The translations under genes and the position numbers were made by a program. A stretch of 45,615 nt of DNA from assembly GCA_964573245.1 (NCBI GenBank), contig CAZNJA010000003.1:1-45615 (forward strand), given 5' to 3'. Below the pieces are notes generated by a model. The model was not told where the DNA came from. It worked only from the letters and a program-made list of their open reading frames with translations, and ran no database searches. Of the stretch, positions 44,723 to 45,615 are shown one piece after another; position 1 is the stretch's first letter, and every line of letters begins with the position of its first letter. The stretch comes from an uncultured bacterium. GTDB lineage: Bacteria; CAIJMQ01.

Positions 44723-45615
44723 GTGAACAACGAAAAAAATTGGAGTGAATACAAAACACGCAAAGAATACATAGATAAACTCCTTATTAGTTCAAAGTGG
44801 AAACCCATTGTTCCGTATGCAGAAGGCAAAAAATATGACCGTGGTGCAGTAGAAGAATATCCAACCAAATCAGGTCCATCTGATTATATACTTTTCCATA
44901 AAGAACAAGCATTAGCGGCTGTTGAGGGTAAAAAAGTTGCTGTTGGTCCCCAAAATGTATTACAACAAGCCCAACGTTACGCAAGAGACTTTCAAGGGAG
45001 CAAGTTTACTTTTCAAGAGTTTCACCTTCCTTTTATTTATTCTACGAATGGAAAGATAATTTGGTTTCAAGATTTGCGTCATCCTTTGAATAGGTCAAGA
45101 GAAATAACAGCCTTTCATACCCCTTATGCCTTGGAAGAGCTTCTTGAGAGAAATGAAGAAAAAGCTAAATCTTGGCTTAAATCTAATTCAGTGGACAATC
45201 CTAAGTTACGAAAATATCAGAAAGAAGCAATTGAAGCTATAGAGAAAGCATTGTTTGAACGAAAGAGAAATATGCTAATTGCAATGGCTACTGGCACAGG
45301 GAAAACCTTTACAATTGTAAACTTAGTATATCGTCTTATGAAATCAGGCTTAGCCAAACGCATATTGTTTCTTGTAGATAGACGAGCATTAGCAGCCCAA
45401 GCTGTAACTGCTTTATCCAGCTTTGAGGCAGAACCGGGTTTAAAGTTTGATAAAATTTATGAAGTTTATAGCCAGCGATTCAAAAAAGAGGATTTTGAAA
45501 AAGATGAAACTTTCAACCCGAAAGTTTTACCTACAAAATATCTGACTAACCCTCAAAGTAAGCATAGTTTTTTATACGTATCTTCAAATACGGATATATC
45601 TCCATTAAAATCAAT
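44723..45615 (+). CDS. hsdR: type I restriction enzyme R subunit, N-terminal part (runs off window, absent from ORF track)
   Basis: manual translation from GTG: SE..TR..YID..L, DY.L.....A.VE.KK, LRKYQ.EAI, MATGTGKT, LFLVDRRAL..Q. Confidence 0.9.
   Translation, partial: MNNEKNWSEYKTRKEYIDKLLISSKWKPIVPYAEGKKYDRGAVEEYPTKSGPSDYILFHKEQALAAVEGKKVAVGPQNVLQQAQRYARDFQGSKFTFQEFHLPFIYSTNGKIIWFQDLRHPLNRSREITAFHTPYALEELLERNEEKAKSWLKSNSVDNPKLRKYQKEAIEAIEKALFERKRNMLIAMATGTGKTFTIVNLVYRLMKSGLAKRILFLVDRRALAAQAVTALSSFEAEPGLKFDKIYEVYSQRFKKEDFEKDETFNPKVLPTKYLTNPQSKHSFLYVSSNTDISPLKS

Overview
AT-rich bacterial chromosomal window, probably from a diderm anaerobe (lptFG, LolA-like, heptose kinase, rubrerythrin, 2-oxoacid:ferredoxin oxidoreductase); taxonomy cannot be fixed from the sequence. 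It is mostly housekeeping: ppdK, htpX/lemA, rbr, ribF, truB, rph, class I fumarase, leuA, tldD/pmbA, mutL, argH, aroQ, maf, proC, rmuC, hisI, lptFG, vor-type operon, rfaE, and the start of a type I hsdR at the right edge. No tRNA, rRNA, CRISPR array or transposase was recognised. The main unexplained structure is a set of short palindromic elements that insert into each other and into genes. (A) Elements with 13-14 bp terminal inverted repeats CCCCGTTAGA...TCTAACGGGG and unrelated interiors, all of length 3n+2, translated inside RibF and TruB and supplying stops or N-termini at gene junctions. (B) Clusters of a 13-mer, GATTACACAGATT. (C) 24-33 nt CCTG(C/T)...GG(C/T)GGG inserts with reconstructable empty sites. 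(D) Heptamer arrays. A covarying 48-nt hairpin tandem repeat also occurs once. These repeats often border genes that interrupt conserved operons, including a two-gene nuclease cassette bracketed by a triplicated stop/RBS sequence. All calls were made by eye, without database searches.
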